From positions 18,788 through 82,787 of IMG/VR virus record IMGVR_UViG_3300047472_000237: DNA of 64,000 nucleotides, one strand, 5' to 3'. This DNA comes from a virus. The translations under genes were made by a program, and so were the position numbers. Shown in pieces: positions 1-9,647 of this stretch. Each line of letters opens with the position of its first letter. Position 1 is the stretch's first letter. The notes below the pieces were generated by a model, which made no database searches, was not told where the DNA came from, and saw nothing but the letters and a program-made list of their open reading frames with translations.

Positions 1-9
1 AACGAGCAC

Positions 10-690
10 GTGGGCGTCAAGAGCGCCGTGTCCGCGATCACCGGCCTGAACAACGCACTCCGCGCCGCCCGCGCCGAGGCGAAGAACAAGACCACCGGCC
101 CCGACCTCACGCCGCTGAAGGAATGGGGCGACACCCCCGAGGCCATCCTCGCGAAGTTCAACGAAACCAAGACCGGCCTGGAAGGGCAGATCAAGGGCGT
201 GAACATCGAGAAGATCAAGGAAGACCTCGCCAAGGAACACAGCGGCACCCACACCAAGCTCACCAAGCGCGCCGAGGCCCTCCAAGGCCAGCTGCACAAG
301 CTGCTCGTGTCCGGCGAGGCGACCACCGCCATCAGCGGACTCAAGGGCGACGTCGAACTGCTCATGCCGTTTGTCGCTCAGCAGGTCAAGGTCGCCGAGA
401 GCAAGGACGGCGAGTTCCTCGTGCACGTCGTCGACCAGGCCGGCGACATCCGCTACAGCGGCGTGACCGGCGCTCCCATGAGCATCAAGGAGCTCGTGGC
501 TGAGATGAAGGCCAACGAACGCTACGGCAAGCTGTTCGCCAGCGAAGCCGCCAACGGTGGTGGTGCCGACGCGGGTGCGTCGAACAAGGCCCCGAACGCC
601 GCGCAGCGCCAGGCCGCCGCCAAGGGTGACATGTCCGCCATGGACAAGATCCGTGCCGGTCTCACCAAGAAGGGCAATCTCTCCTCGTAA
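10..690 (+). CDS. Capsid scaffolding protein (probably 5'-truncated by window edge)
   Basis: Helical Ala/Lys/Glu-rich ORF ending in a Gly-rich linker and 'MSAMDKIRAGL', immediately upstream of the major capsid gene. Confidence 0.7.
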   Translation: MGVKSAVSAITGLNNALRAARAEAKNKTTGPDLTPLKEWGDTPEAILAKFNETKTGLEGQIKGVNIEKIKEDLAKEHSGTHTKLTKRAEALQGQLHKLLVSGEATTAISGLKGDVELLMPFVAQQVKVAESKDGEFLVHVVDQAGDIRYSGVTGAPMSIKELVAEMKANERYGKLFASEAANGGGADAGASNKAPNAAQRQAAAKGDMSAMDKIRAGLTKKGNLSS

Positions 691-718
691 ACACGAGACG
701 AGATCCCGGTTCCAAGAA

Positions 719-756
719 AAATCACCCCCGGCACTTGTAAGTGCCGGGGGTGATTT
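719..756. terminator. Perfect inverted repeat after scaffold gene (possible bidirectional terminator)
   Basis: AAATCACCCCCGGCACTT-GT-AAGTGCCGGGGGTGATTT. Confidence 0.6.
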
Positions 757-890
757 GCTATCGTTCACCGATTCACCTGACGACGATGTGTCGACAGGCA
801 AAGATGCAGCCCTCAGGGTGATCCTGTTCGGGGCGGCGAAGAAGCTGCAACCGAACACACATTCGCCCCAGAAGGGCGGGAGAAGAAGCA

Positions 891-1814
891 ATGGCCTCCG
901 TTACCCTCGCTGAAAGCGCCAAGCTCGCTCAGAACGATCTGATCGCTGGCGTCATCGAAAACGTCATCACCGTCAACAAGATGTTCGGCGTCCTGCCGTT
1001 CGACGGCATCGACGGCAACGCGCTGGCCTACAACCGCGAGAACGTCCTCGGCGACGTTCAGGTCGCTGGTGTCGGCGACGCGGTGACCGCCAAGGCGGCT
1101 GCGACCTTCACGCAGGTCACGAGCTCCCTCACCACGATCATCGGCGATGCTGAGGTCAACGGCCTCATCCAGGCGACCCGCTCCGGCGACGGCAACGACC
1201 AGACCGCGATCCAGATCGCGTCGAAGTCGAAGTCGGCCGGCCGTAAGTACCAGGACATGCTGATCAACGGCGACGGCACCAGCAACACCTTCGCCGGTCT
1301 CCGCACCCTGTGTGCGAACGGCCAGAAGATCCCGGCGGTCGACGCGAACGGTGACAACCTCAGCTTCACCCTGCTCGACAACCTGATGGACACGGTCACG
1401 GACAAGGACGGTGCGGTCGACTACTTCGCGATGCACGCCCGTACCATCCGCAGCTACATGGTCCTGCTCCGCGCCCTCGGCGGTGCCAGCATCAGCGAGA
1501 CGGTCACGCTGCCCAACGGCGAGCAGGTGCCCGCCTACCGTGGCGTCCCGATCTTCCGCAACGACTATATCCCGATCAACCTCACGACTGGTGCCAACAG
1601 CACCACGACCGTGGTCATCGCGGGTACGCTCGACGACGGCTCGCGTCAGCACGGTATCGCCGGCCTCACCGCCGAGAAGCAGGCCGGTCTGCACGTGGTC
1701 GACGTCGGTGAGAAGGAAGACGCCGACGAGCACATCTGGCGTGTCAAGTGGTACGCCGGCCTGGCCCTGTTCAGCGAGAAGGGCCTCGCGATGGCCACGG
1801 GCATCGAGGACTAA
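891..1814 (+). CDS. Major capsid protein (HK97 fold, YuA-like)
   Basis: MASVTLAESAKLAQNDLIAGVIENV..LPFDGIDGNALAYNRE..WRVKWYAGLALFSEKGLA; 307 aa; follows scaffold; GGAG RBS. Confidence 0.9.
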   Translation: MASVTLAESAKLAQNDLIAGVIENVITVNKMFGVLPFDGIDGNALAYNRENVLGDVQVAGVGDAVTAKAAATFTQVTSSLTTIIGDAEVNGLIQATRSGDGNDQTAIQIASKSKSAGRKYQDMLINGDGTSNTFAGLRTLCANGQKIPAVDANGDNLSFTLLDNLMDTVTDKDGAVDYFAMHARTIRSYMVLLRALGGASISETVTLPNGEQVPAYRGVPIFRNDYIPINLTTGANSTTTVVIAGTLDDGSRQHGIAGLTAEKQAGLHVVDVGEKEDADEHIWRVKWYAGLALFSEKGLAMATGIED

Positions 1815-1845
1815 TCCTCGACGTGACGAGTGAAACCTGAACCAT

Positions 1846-1880
1846 GGACGGCCGGGGTCGTATAACGGCCCCGGCCGTCC
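1846..1880. terminator. GC-rich hairpin after capsid gene
   Basis: GGACGGCCGGGGTCG-TATAA-CGGCCCCGGCCGTCC; no clear U-tract. Confidence 0.45.
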
Positions 1881-1898
1881 GTCCAACTGGAGATCGCA

Positions 1899-2465
1899 AT
1901 GGCCTTGTTCAAAGTCGAATCCGCGCCGGGAGCTCCGGTTCCCCGCTTCAACGGCATCGATGCGTATGTCGTGCAGGCGAACAACTCGACGGAGGCCAAG
2001 GCACTCGCGAAGGGTGCCGTCAACGGCGACTCCGACGCCGTGTGGGACGCCGCTACCGTGACCGACCTCTCCACCGCTGGGCCTGTCGCCCTGACCGGCT
2101 GGGTGTTCGCGATCGGTATCAACACCGCCTCGCCCATCGCCGTATCGGTGACCGGCGACTCGGACGACACGCTCGACGACGTCGGTGCCAAGCTGGTGAC
2201 CGCGCTCAACGCGACGGTGATCAACGCGGCGGCCTACAACACCGGCACGAACGTGCTGACCGTTGCGGCCGTTGCGGACGGTATCGGTGACAAGACCGTG
2301 ACCATCACCGTCACCCCTCCGGAAGGCGTCTACGCCACCGGCGGCTTCGTCCAGGGCAACCTGGTGGCGAGCAAGACGGACGGCGGCATCGCGGCGGCCG
2401 ATCTGCGTGTGACCTTCTCGACTTCGTGGGTGGTTCCCGGCCGGCTCACCGGCTACAAGCAGTAA
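1899..2465 (+). CDS. Virion structural protein (head decoration-like)
   Basis: Ala/Thr/Val/Gly-rich beta-type protein directly after capsid gene; GGAG RBS. Confidence 0.6.
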   Translation: MALFKVESAPGAPVPRFNGIDAYVVQANNSTEAKALAKGAVNGDSDAVWDAATVTDLSTAGPVALTGWVFAIGINTASPIAVSVTGDSDDTLDDVGAKLVTALNATVINAAAYNTGTNVLTVAAVADGIGDKTVTITVTPPEGVYATGGFVQGNLVASKTDGGIAAADLRVTFSTSWVVPGRLTGYKQ

Positions 2466-2474
2466 AGGTTCCCC

Positions 2475-2675
2475 ATGGCCAGCTTCAAGTTTGTCAGGCA
2501 GAACTCCGGCAATGCCAATCGGCAGTACGGCGTTCACTTCGACCGGCTCGGTGCTGGCCTTGGCCGCCGCAAGCAACGGACGGCAGCGGACATGACCGAG
2601 ATCAAAGCGGGTGCTCCCCGCGTGTACCCCACCGGGACGGACAGGAAGTCCCCTGTCCTCCCCGGCGGCCGATAA
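2475..2675 (+). CDS. Small basic hypothetical protein
   Basis: 66-aa ORF filling the gap between structural genes; phage-like codon usage. Confidence 0.5.
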   Translation: MASFKFVRQNSGNANRQYGVHFDRLGAGLGRRKQRTAADMTEIKAGAPRVYPTGTDRKSPVLPGGR

Positions 2676-2690
2676 GCCCAGGAGGTCAGC

Positions 2691-3341
2691 GTGGCGTTTG
2701 TCCCCGAAACTGGTGAGGGTCTCGAAACCGCGAACGCCTACATCGACGTGGCCTTCGCGGATTCGTACCATGCCGACCGGGGGCACATCTCTTGGGACGC
2801 CCTGGGCCTGAGCGATCCCCCGGCCATCCTCGCCAAGAAGCAACAGTGCATCGTCCGCGCCACCGACTACGTCAACAAGCGGTTCGGCCGCCGGTTCCGA
2901 GGCGTCAAGCAGAACCGCCGCCAGGCCCTTGAGTGGCCCCGGATGAACGCATACGACAACGACGGCTACAGCCTCGCGGACATCGATGAGATCCCGCGTG
3001 CCCTTCAGGCCGCCATCGCCGAGTACGCCCTCCGCGCCGCACTCGTCGGCGAGCTCGCACCTGACCCCATCCCCGTGGTTCCCCGCCAAGACCTTGGCGT
3101 CGAGGAGCCGACCGTCGAGACGACGTATGCCGGCGGCCAGGTCAGCCGCGTGTCCGAGAAGGTCGACGTCATCGAGGAGACCGTGTCGTACATGACGCCG
3201 ATCCAGATGGCGAGCGTCGGCCGGAACAAGACCATCCTGAGCACCCTGGTGTCGGATGCCATGATCCCCGAGTACCCGGCGGCAGACATGCTGCTGGAGG
3301 AACTCCTGACCTCCCAACGGCGAACCGTCGCGCGAGGATAA
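2691..3341 (+). CDS. Head-tail adaptor (DnaT-like phage family)
   Basis: VPETGEGLETANAYIDVAFADSYHADRG..RATDYV..QALEWPR..IPRALQAAIAEYAL; GGAGG RBS. Confidence 0.75.
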   Translation: MAFVPETGEGLETANAYIDVAFADSYHADRGHISWDALGLSDPPAILAKKQQCIVRATDYVNKRFGRRFRGVKQNRRQALEWPRMNAYDNDGYSLADIDEIPRALQAAIAEYALRAALVGELAPDPIPVVPRQDLGVEEPTVETTYAGGQVSRVSEKVDVIEETVSYMTPIQMASVGRNKTILSTLVSDAMIPEYPAADMLLEELLTSQRRTVARG

Positions 3342-3344
3342 GAC

Positions 3345-3743
3345 ATGGCGAACTACACCAAGCTGGCGGCCACCGCCAAGCGGCTCATCGAGAAGAACGG
3401 GGCGGCCGTAACGCTCCGCCGCCCGCCCACGGAGCAGGCCGTCCTGAACGCCTCGCAGCCCTGGAGGGGCAACGACCCGGCCGCCGCCGCCAACGCCGGT
3501 GGGCAGGTCGAGCAAGCCGCCAAGGCGGTCCTGCTCGACTGGAAACTGGCCGACGGCTCAGCGGACACGACGCGCCGGGGCATGAAGCGGGCGCTGGTCG
3601 CCGCGAACTCCGTGCCCGGAGTGGACCTGGCCGATTACACCGCTTTGGTGGACCCGGCCGGCACTGTGTGGAAGATCGATGGCGTCAACCCGCTCGCCCC
3701 AGGGGGAATCACGCTGCTGTTCGAACTCACGTTGAAGAAGTAA
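3345..3743 (+). CDS. Head closure / head-tail joining protein
   Basis: YTKLAATAKRLIEKNG..VNPLAPGGITLLFELTLKK; neck-module position. Confidence 0.65.
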   Translation: MANYTKLAATAKRLIEKNGAAVTLRRPPTEQAVLNASQPWRGNDPAAAANAGGQVEQAAKAVLLDWKLADGSADTTRRGMKRALVAANSVPGVDLADYTALVDPAGTVWKIDGVNPLAPGGITLLFELTLKK

Positions 3744-3744
3744 A

Positions 3745-4191
3745 ATGCCAGCAACCACTCGACAAGCTCGCGACCAGATGAACGCCCTGTTCAAGGTGGC
3801 GGTCGACGCCAACACTGCTCACCCGCAGATGGTCGGCTTCGTCACCATCTGGGACGGAGTCGACAAGCAGCCGGCTCCCCCGAACTCGCCCACGCCCTGG
3901 GCACGAGTCGCGATTCGCCACAACTCCGGCGGACAGAAAAGTCTTGCCAACGATCGGGGGAAGAAGCGGTTCACCCGTACCGGCTTCGTCGTCATCCAGC
4001 TTTTCACCAACCCGAACGACGGCCTGGTGTCCAACGACGAAATCACTGCTATACTTCTCAGCGCGTACGAAGGGAAGACGACGTCAGGTGGCGTCTTCTT
4101 CCGCAACGTCCGCTCTCAGGAAGTCGGCCAGGACGGTGCCTGGTATCAGACGAATGTCTTCGCAGACTTCGAGTACGAACAGATCAAGTAA
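3745..4191 (+). CDS. Tail terminator / tail completion protein
   Basis: WARVAIRH..RFTRTGFVVIQLF..VGQDGAWYQTNVFADFEYE; precedes tail tube. Confidence 0.75.
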   Translation: MPATTRQARDQMNALFKVAVDANTAHPQMVGFVTIWDGVDKQPAPPNSPTPWARVAIRHNSGGQKSLANDRGKKRFTRTGFVVIQLFTNPNDGLVSNDEITAILLSAYEGKTTSGGVFFRNVRSQEVGQDGAWYQTNVFADFEYEQIK

Positions 4192-4206
4192 CTGGAGAAC
4201 GATCCG

Positions 4207-5763
4207 ATGGCCAAGCTCAACAAAATTGACAGCAACTCGACCGCGTCGAGCTACTGTGAGGAAGCAAGCCTCGGCGTGCTCCCCGCCGCTGCGTCCCAGG
4301 TGTGGACGCCGCTCGAGCCGAACAGCTACAGCGACTTCGGTGGTCAGGTGACCACGGTCGCCCGCAATCCGATCAACAGCGGTCGTCAGCGCAAGAAGGG
4401 CGTCGTGACCGACATCGAGGCCAGCGGTGGCCTCAACTCGGACATCACGCAGACGAACATCCAGGGCCTCATGCAGGGGTTCACCTTCTCCGACCTCCGA
4501 CGCAAGAACGAGAAGACGGCCATCACGTCCGTCACCGCCGGCACCAAGAAGTACGCCCTGGTCACGAGCGGCTACCGCGTCGGCGACCTGGTGTTCTTCA
4601 GCGGCTTCGCCAACGCGGCCAACAACGGCCTCAAGCGCGTCACCGCCGTGGACGGCACGGACGTCACGGTCGCTGAGACCGTCGTCGACGAGACCGTCGC
4701 CGGCTCCGTCAAGGCGGTCGCAGTCGGCTTCCAGTTCACCGCTGCGGATGCCACCATCGACGGCGACGGTGCCTCGCTCCCGGCCCTCGAGACCACCACC
4801 AAGGATCTGACCCAACTCGGTCTGATCCCCGGCGAGTTCATCTTCATCGGCGGCGACGGTGCTGCGGAGAAGTTCGCGACGGCTGCCAACAACGGCTTCG
4901 CCCGCGTCCGCTCCGTCGCGGCCGGCGTGATCACCTTCGACAAGACCAGCGACACGATGGTCGATGACGCCGGCACGGGCAAGACCCTCCGGGTGTTCTT
5001 CGGCCGCGTGCTCAAGAACGAAGTCGGTACGCTGATCAAGCGTCGTTCCTACACGCTGGAGCGCCGCCTCGGTGCCAACGACGACTCCGACCTCACGCGG
5101 GAACAGGCCGAGTATCTCGAGGGTGCCATCGCCAGCGAGTTCTCGCTGAACGTGCCCACCGCCGAGAAGGCCACGGTCGACATCTCCTTCATGGCGCTGC
5201 GGAACTCGACCATCGACGAGAACATCAGCGGGGCCAACACCCTGCTCACCAAGGTCGCCAGCGTGGTGAACACCCCGCTGATCGAGGCGGACGCCTTCAA
5301 CACGAGCTCGGACGTCAGCCGCATCAAGCTGGCGTCGGTCGTCGCCGGCCAGCCGAACCCGGAGCCGCTCTTCGCGTTCGTGCAGGAGTTCAGCCTGACG
5401 GTCAACAACAACCTCACGGGCAACAAGGCCGTCGGTGTCACCGGCAGCTTCGAAGTCACGGCCGGCACCTTCGAGGTCGGCGGCAACATCACGGCATACT
5501 TCAGCGACGTCGCTGCGGTGGAAGCCGTGAAGAACAACGCTGACATCACGCTGGAAGCCCACTTCGTCAAGTCGAACGCGGGTATCACCTTCGACGTCCC
5601 GCTCATCACCCTGGGCGACGGCCGCCCGAACGTGGAACAGGACCAGGCAATCACCTTGCCGCTCGAGACGATGGCCGCCACCGGCGCGAAGATCGACCCG
5701 AACCTGAACCACACCCTGTTGATCGTGTTCTGGGACTACCTCCCGAACGCGGCCGACCTGTAA
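4207..5763 (+). CDS. Major tail tube protein
   Basis: KIDSNST..WTPLEPNSYSDFGGQVTTVARNPINSGRQRKKGVVTD, characteristic of YuA-like tail tubes. Confidence 0.85.
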   Translation: MAKLNKIDSNSTASSYCEEASLGVLPAAASQVWTPLEPNSYSDFGGQVTTVARNPINSGRQRKKGVVTDIEASGGLNSDITQTNIQGLMQGFTFSDLRRKNEKTAITSVTAGTKKYALVTSGYRVGDLVFFSGFANAANNGLKRVTAVDGTDVTVAETVVDETVAGSVKAVAVGFQFTAADATIDGDGASLPALETTTKDLTQLGLIPGEFIFIGGDGAAEKFATAANNGFARVRSVAAGVITFDKTSDTMVDDAGTGKTLRVFFGRVLKNEVGTLIKRRSYTLERRLGANDDSDLTREQAEYLEGAIASEFSLNVPTAEKATVDISFMALRNSTIDENISGANTLLTKVASVVNTPLIEADAFNTSSDVSRIKLASVVAGQPNPEPLFAFVQEFSLTVNNNLTGNKAVGVTGSFEVTAGTFEVGGNITAYFSDVAAVEAVKNNADITLEAHFVKSNAGITFDVPLITLGDGRPNVEQDQAITLPLETMAATGAKIDPNLNHTLLIVFWDYLPNAADL

Positions 5764-5786
5764 TCGGTGAAGGGGAGAGCACCACG

Positions 5787-5822
5787 TGTCGGCTCCGGAT
5801 TATTCCGGAGCCGACATTGTTT
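5787..5822 (+). terminator. Intrinsic terminator after tail tube gene
   Basis: TGTCGGCTCCGGA-TTAT-TCCGGAGCCGACA followed by TTGTTT. Confidence 0.7.
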
Positions 5823-5826
5823 CGGC

Positions 5827-5855
5827 TTGCCCACCGCTTCACCTTCCGGTACATT
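5827..5855 (+). promoter_or_regulatory. Sigma-70-like promoter for tail chaperone gene
   Basis: TTGCCC-17 nt-TACATT. Confidence 0.55.
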
Positions 5856-5925
5856 TCACTCCTCACGCTCGACAGCGGTCGGGCACTTGTAGAGAGTTCA
5901 GCGATAGTTTCACGGAGCACTGATC

Positions 5926-6345
5926 ATGGCAAGCACTTACGGCGCATACAAGACCGACGAGAACCGCGAACGCACGGGCGTGAAGCTCGACCTCGGCGAG
6001 GCTGGCAAGTTCCAGATCGCCCGCGCCGGCGGCGGCAACTCGAACTTCGAGAAGCGCCTCCAGGCCGTCACGAAGCCGTACCGCCGCGCGATCCAGACCG
6101 GCAACATCGACAAGAAGATCGCGGATCGTCTTCTTGCCGAGACGTACGCCGACACGGTGCTGCTCGGCTGGGAAGGCGTCAGCGGCGAAGACGGCAAGGA
6201 GCTCCCGTTCAATCGCGACAACGCGATCAAGCTGTTCACCGATCTCCCCGACCTGTTCAAGGAGATCCGCGAGACGGCGGAAGACGCGACCCTCTACCGC
6301 GCCGAGCTCAATGGGGTGGACGCAAAAAACTCTGTGACTGCCTGA
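5926..6345 (+). CDS. Tail assembly chaperone (gpG-like)
   Basis: Between tail tube and tape measure; IARAGGGN..LLGWEGV..LFTDLPDLF. Confidence 0.8.
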   Translation: MASTYGAYKTDENRERTGVKLDLGEAGKFQIARAGGGNSNFEKRLQAVTKPYRRAIQTGNIDKKIADRLLAETYADTVLLGWEGVSGEDGKELPFNRDNAIKLFTDLPDLFKEIRETAEDATLYRAELNGVDAKNSVTA

Positions 6346-6674
6346 TCTACGCCCTGGAGCAGGGCAAGACAGAGCAGAAGATCATCGCCGACTGCATACG
6401 CACGAGGCGGCCGTTCCCCAAGGCCATTGCGAATGCTCCCGAGCTCTTCTTGGGTCTCGAGTTCGTCTATGGTGCGTACTTCGAGCTGAGCTCGTGTCGC
6501 GATTACGGTTGGGGAATGGGGCCGATCCCCTGGACGGCCATCCAGGACTACGCCGAGTCTCATTCGCTCGACGAAGACGACACGCTCGACTTCCGGTATT
6601 TCATCCAGGAACTCGACCGCGCGCACCTGGAGTGGATCAACGCGAAGAGCGCCAAGGATTCGGCGAAGAAGTGA
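5926..6674 (+). CDS. Tail assembly chaperone, -1 frameshifted form (gpGT-like)
   Basis: Slippery heptamer A-AAA-AAC at 6324-6330; the -1 frame continues LCDCLIYALEQG..PIPWTAIQDYA to the stop at 6674. Confidence 0.75.
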
Positions 6675-6707
6675 TGTTGGGAGGCCGTCGCGAGTGTATA
6701 ATTCGTG

Positions 6708-7142
6708 ATGGCCTCCCTTCACGCATTCTCGGCTACGATGGACACTCGCGTGAAGGCGATTGGGAAGAACGTCAACGGCACAAAGCGTGCCGTCGCGAAG
6801 GCGGTCATCAGAGAGTGTATCGTCTCCACGCCCGTCGACAAGGGTGTCGCCCGTTCCAACTGGCAGGCACTTCTCGGAGACTACTCGGCCGACAAGGTTC
6901 CCGCGTTCGCACCAGGAAACCACCTGGGCCTGGCGGAAACCGCGAACGCTGACGCTGCCATCCAGGCGGCCAACTCGGCCATCGACCGAGCCGCGCCGGG
7001 GGAAGACATCGTAGTCCTGAACAACGTCGACTACATCGAGACGCTGAACAACGGATCGTCTACCCAGATGGCTGCGAACTTTGTCCAGAAGGGGATCGGG
7101 GCCGGCATTGCCGCCGTCAACAGCATGAAGGTGGTGCCGTAA
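6708..7142 (+). CDS. HK97 gp10-like tail completion / neck protein
   Basis: TPVDKGVARSNW..NNVDYIETLNNGSSTQ motif; TATAAT at 6697-6702 just upstream. Confidence 0.8.
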   Translation: MASLHAFSATMDTRVKAIGKNVNGTKRAVAKAVIRECIVSTPVDKGVARSNWQALLGDYSADKVPAFAPGNHLGLAETANADAAIQAANSAIDRAAPGEDIVVLNNVDYIETLNNGSSTQMAANFVQKGIGAGIAAVNSMKVVP

Positions 7143-9647
7143 GTGACCGAACGCATTGTCATCGTCGTCAGTGAGAATGGCACTGAGCAGGTCATCAAGA
7201 AGCTCAAGGGCGTTGGCGCACAGGCCAAGAGCTCTGGCGACTCTGTCGGCTTTCTCCAGAACGCCCTCGGACTGCTCGGAGCCGCCGCCACCATCAAGGG
7301 CGTGCTTGGTTACATCGACGCCTTCACCGAGCTCCAGAACAAGCTGGCGACCGTCTCCCGCTCGCAGGAGGAAGCGGCCCTGGCCAGCCAGAAGCTGCTC
7401 GACGTCGCCAACCGCAGCCGCACGTCGTGGGAAGACACCGTCACGCTGTACCAGCGCGTCGTCCGCTCGACGGAACAACTCGGCCTCTCTCACAAAGAGT
7501 CGGCCCGGATCGTGGAGACCCTCAACAAGGCCACGATCGTCGGCGGTGCATCCGCCATCGAAGCCTCGAACGCCATCATCCAGTTGTCGCAGGCGTTCAG
7601 CGCCGGCGTGCTGCGTGGTCAGGAACTTCGCTCCGTCATGACGCAGATGCCGCTGATCGCGGACATCCTGGCGAAGAAGATGAACACGACGATGGGCGGC
7701 CTGTTGAAGCTCGGCCCGCAGGGCAAGATCTCGGCTCAGGTCATGGCCGACGCCCTCCTCGAGGCCAGCGACGAAATCGACAAGGCGTTCGCCAAGACCC
7801 TGCCGACCATCGGTCAGCAGATGAAGGTGCTCGGCAACCAGGTGCTGAAGTTCGTCGGCGACCTGAACAACAAGTACGAAATCCTGCCGAAGATCACCAA
7901 GGGCATCGAGTTCCTCGGTGCCAACATCGACACGTTCGCCCGCGCGGTGCTCGCCGGCTCGCTCGTGATCGGCATCCAGAAGGCCATCGGCGGGTTCAAC
8001 GCACTGACCGCCGCGATCGCGGCCAACCCGGTCGGCCTCATCGCCGTCGCTATCACGGCCGGCCTGGTGGCCCTGATCGCCTTCAGCGACCAGCTGTCGC
8101 TTGCTGGTGAGGGCACCGCGACGCTCGCCGACTTCGCCAAGGCGTTCTGGGAAGAGCTCAAGTCGGACATCGCGTTCGCCGTGGAGCTCTTCCAGAAGAA
8201 CTTCGGTTGGATCGCTGACTATCTCCGCCAGATCTTTGGCACGGACTTCGCCATCAGCATCAAGGGATTCTTGATGCTCGGTGCCAAGGCCGTTGACTCG
8301 TTCATCGGCATCTGGGTCGGTGCTGGCTTCGCCATCATCGAGGCGTTCCGGAACATCCCCGCGACGGTTGAACTGATCTTCAAGGGAATGATCAACGCCC
8401 TGATCGGTCAGATCGAGTCGTTCATCAATACGTTTGTGTCCGCGATCAACGTCATCGCCGACTCCTCCCTGGGCAAGAAGTTGGGCCTGACCGCCCTCAA
8501 GCAGAACGTCCTCCCCCGACTGGAAATGTCGAAGGAGGCACAGACCACCGGCGCTGCCATCGGCAAGGCGTTCGTGGACGGCTTCAAGTCGGTCACCGAC
8601 GCCCAGGACTTGGTTACGAAACTCAGTATCCGTGCAGAAGAGATCGGCAAGGATCGCCTGGCCAAGGCCGGCCCTGACCCGGCCCTGAACCCCAAGGCCC
8701 AGGAAGAGTTCGAGGCCAAGCAGGCTGCGGCCGCTGCCGCCCTGACCCGCGCTCAGTCGATCGCTGACGTCATCGAGTCGCTCGAGAACGAGAACGAAGC
8801 ACTCACGAAGGTCATCGACAATCGCCGGATCTCGAACGAGTACATCCGGATCGAGCAGGGCCTGCGGTCGAAGGGTGTGACCCTGACCGAAGCAGAGAGC
8901 CAGTCGATCCAGTCGGTGCTCGAGAAGAACCGTGCGTTGAAGGACCAGCAGTCGGCATACCAGTCGATCATGGGGCCGCAGGAAGAAGCCGCCCGCCGGA
9001 TGACGGCACTCAGCGAGCTCTACCGCGCCGGCAAGATCGACGTGGACCAGTACACGGTCGCCCTCCGCGAGGCTCAGATCCAGCAACTGAGCACGTCGCG
9101 GGACGCGATGAGCGGCTTCAAGAGCGGCTTCCTCCAGGTGCAGGACGAGCTCTCGAACTTCGCTGAACTGTCCTCGAAGACGGTCGTCAACGCCTTCCAC
9201 AACATGGAAGACTCGATGGTCGACTTCGTGAAGACTGGCAAGTTCAACTTCAGCGGCCTCATCGACAGCATCCTCGACGACATGATCCGCCTGGTCACGC
9301 GGCAGGCCATGAGCGGCCTGTTCAGCAGCCTCGGCGGGATGGGCGGCGGCCTCGGCTCGATGTTCGCTGGCCTCGCCGGAGCTCGTGCAGCGGGCGGCCC
9401 GGTCAGCCCCGGCGGAGCGTACCTGGTCGGCGAGCGCGGCCCCGAAGTCTTCACCCCGAACACGGGCGGGGCCATCAGCCCGAACGGCTCCATGGGTGGT
9501 GCCCCGCCTCAGGTCAACGTGAACGTGGTCAACGTGTCGGATCCTGACGAGGTCTCGTCGGCCCTGAACCACCCGGCGAACCAAGACCTCATCGTGAACA
9601 TTCTCCGCAAGAACAAGGGTGCCGCCCGCCAGGCGCTGGGAGTCTAA
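7143..9647 (+). CDS. Tape measure protein
   Basis: 834-aa helical protein; QLSQAFSAGVLRGQELRSV and C-terminal RAAGGPVSPGGAYLVGERGPEVFTP. Confidence 0.92.
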   Translation: MTERIVIVVSENGTEQVIKKLKGVGAQAKSSGDSVGFLQNALGLLGAAATIKGVLGYIDAFTELQNKLATVSRSQEEAALASQKLLDVANRSRTSWEDTVTLYQRVVRSTEQLGLSHKESARIVETLNKATIVGGASAIEASNAIIQLSQAFSAGVLRGQELRSVMTQMPLIADILAKKMNTTMGGLLKLGPQGKISAQVMADALLEASDEIDKAFAKTLPTIGQQMKVLGNQVLKFVGDLNNKYEILPKITKGIEFLGANIDTFARAVLAGSLVIGIQKAIGGFNALTAAIAANPVGLIAVAITAGLVALIAFSDQLSLAGEGTATLADFAKAFWEELKSDIAFAVELFQKNFGWIADYLRQIFGTDFAISIKGFLMLGAKAVDSFIGIWVGAGFAIIEAFRNIPATVELIFKGMINALIGQIESFINTFVSAINVIADSSLGKKLGLTALKQNVLPRLEMSKEAQTTGAAIGKAFVDGFKSVTDAQDLVTKLSIRAEEIGKDRLAKAGPDPALNPKAQEEFEAKQAAAAAALTRAQSIADVIESLENENEALTKVIDNRRISNEYIRIEQGLRSKGVTLTEAESQSIQSVLEKNRALKDQQSAYQSIMGPQEEAARRMTALSELYRAGKIDVDQYTVALREAQIQQLSTSRDAMSGFKSGFLQVQDELSNFAELSSKTVVNAFHNMEDSMVDFVKTGKFNFSGLIDSILDDMIRLVTRQAMSGLFSSLGGMGGGLGSMFAGLAGARAAGGPVSPGGAYLVGERGPEVFTPNTGGAISPNGSMGGAPPQVNVNVVNVSDPDEVSSALNHPANQDLIVNILRKNKGAARQALGV

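Noticed and set aside
5817-5925. 5' part of the 285-aa ORF 5817-6674 as a real protein
   Set aside because: It overlaps a terminator and promoter; only the part after the slippery site looks coding
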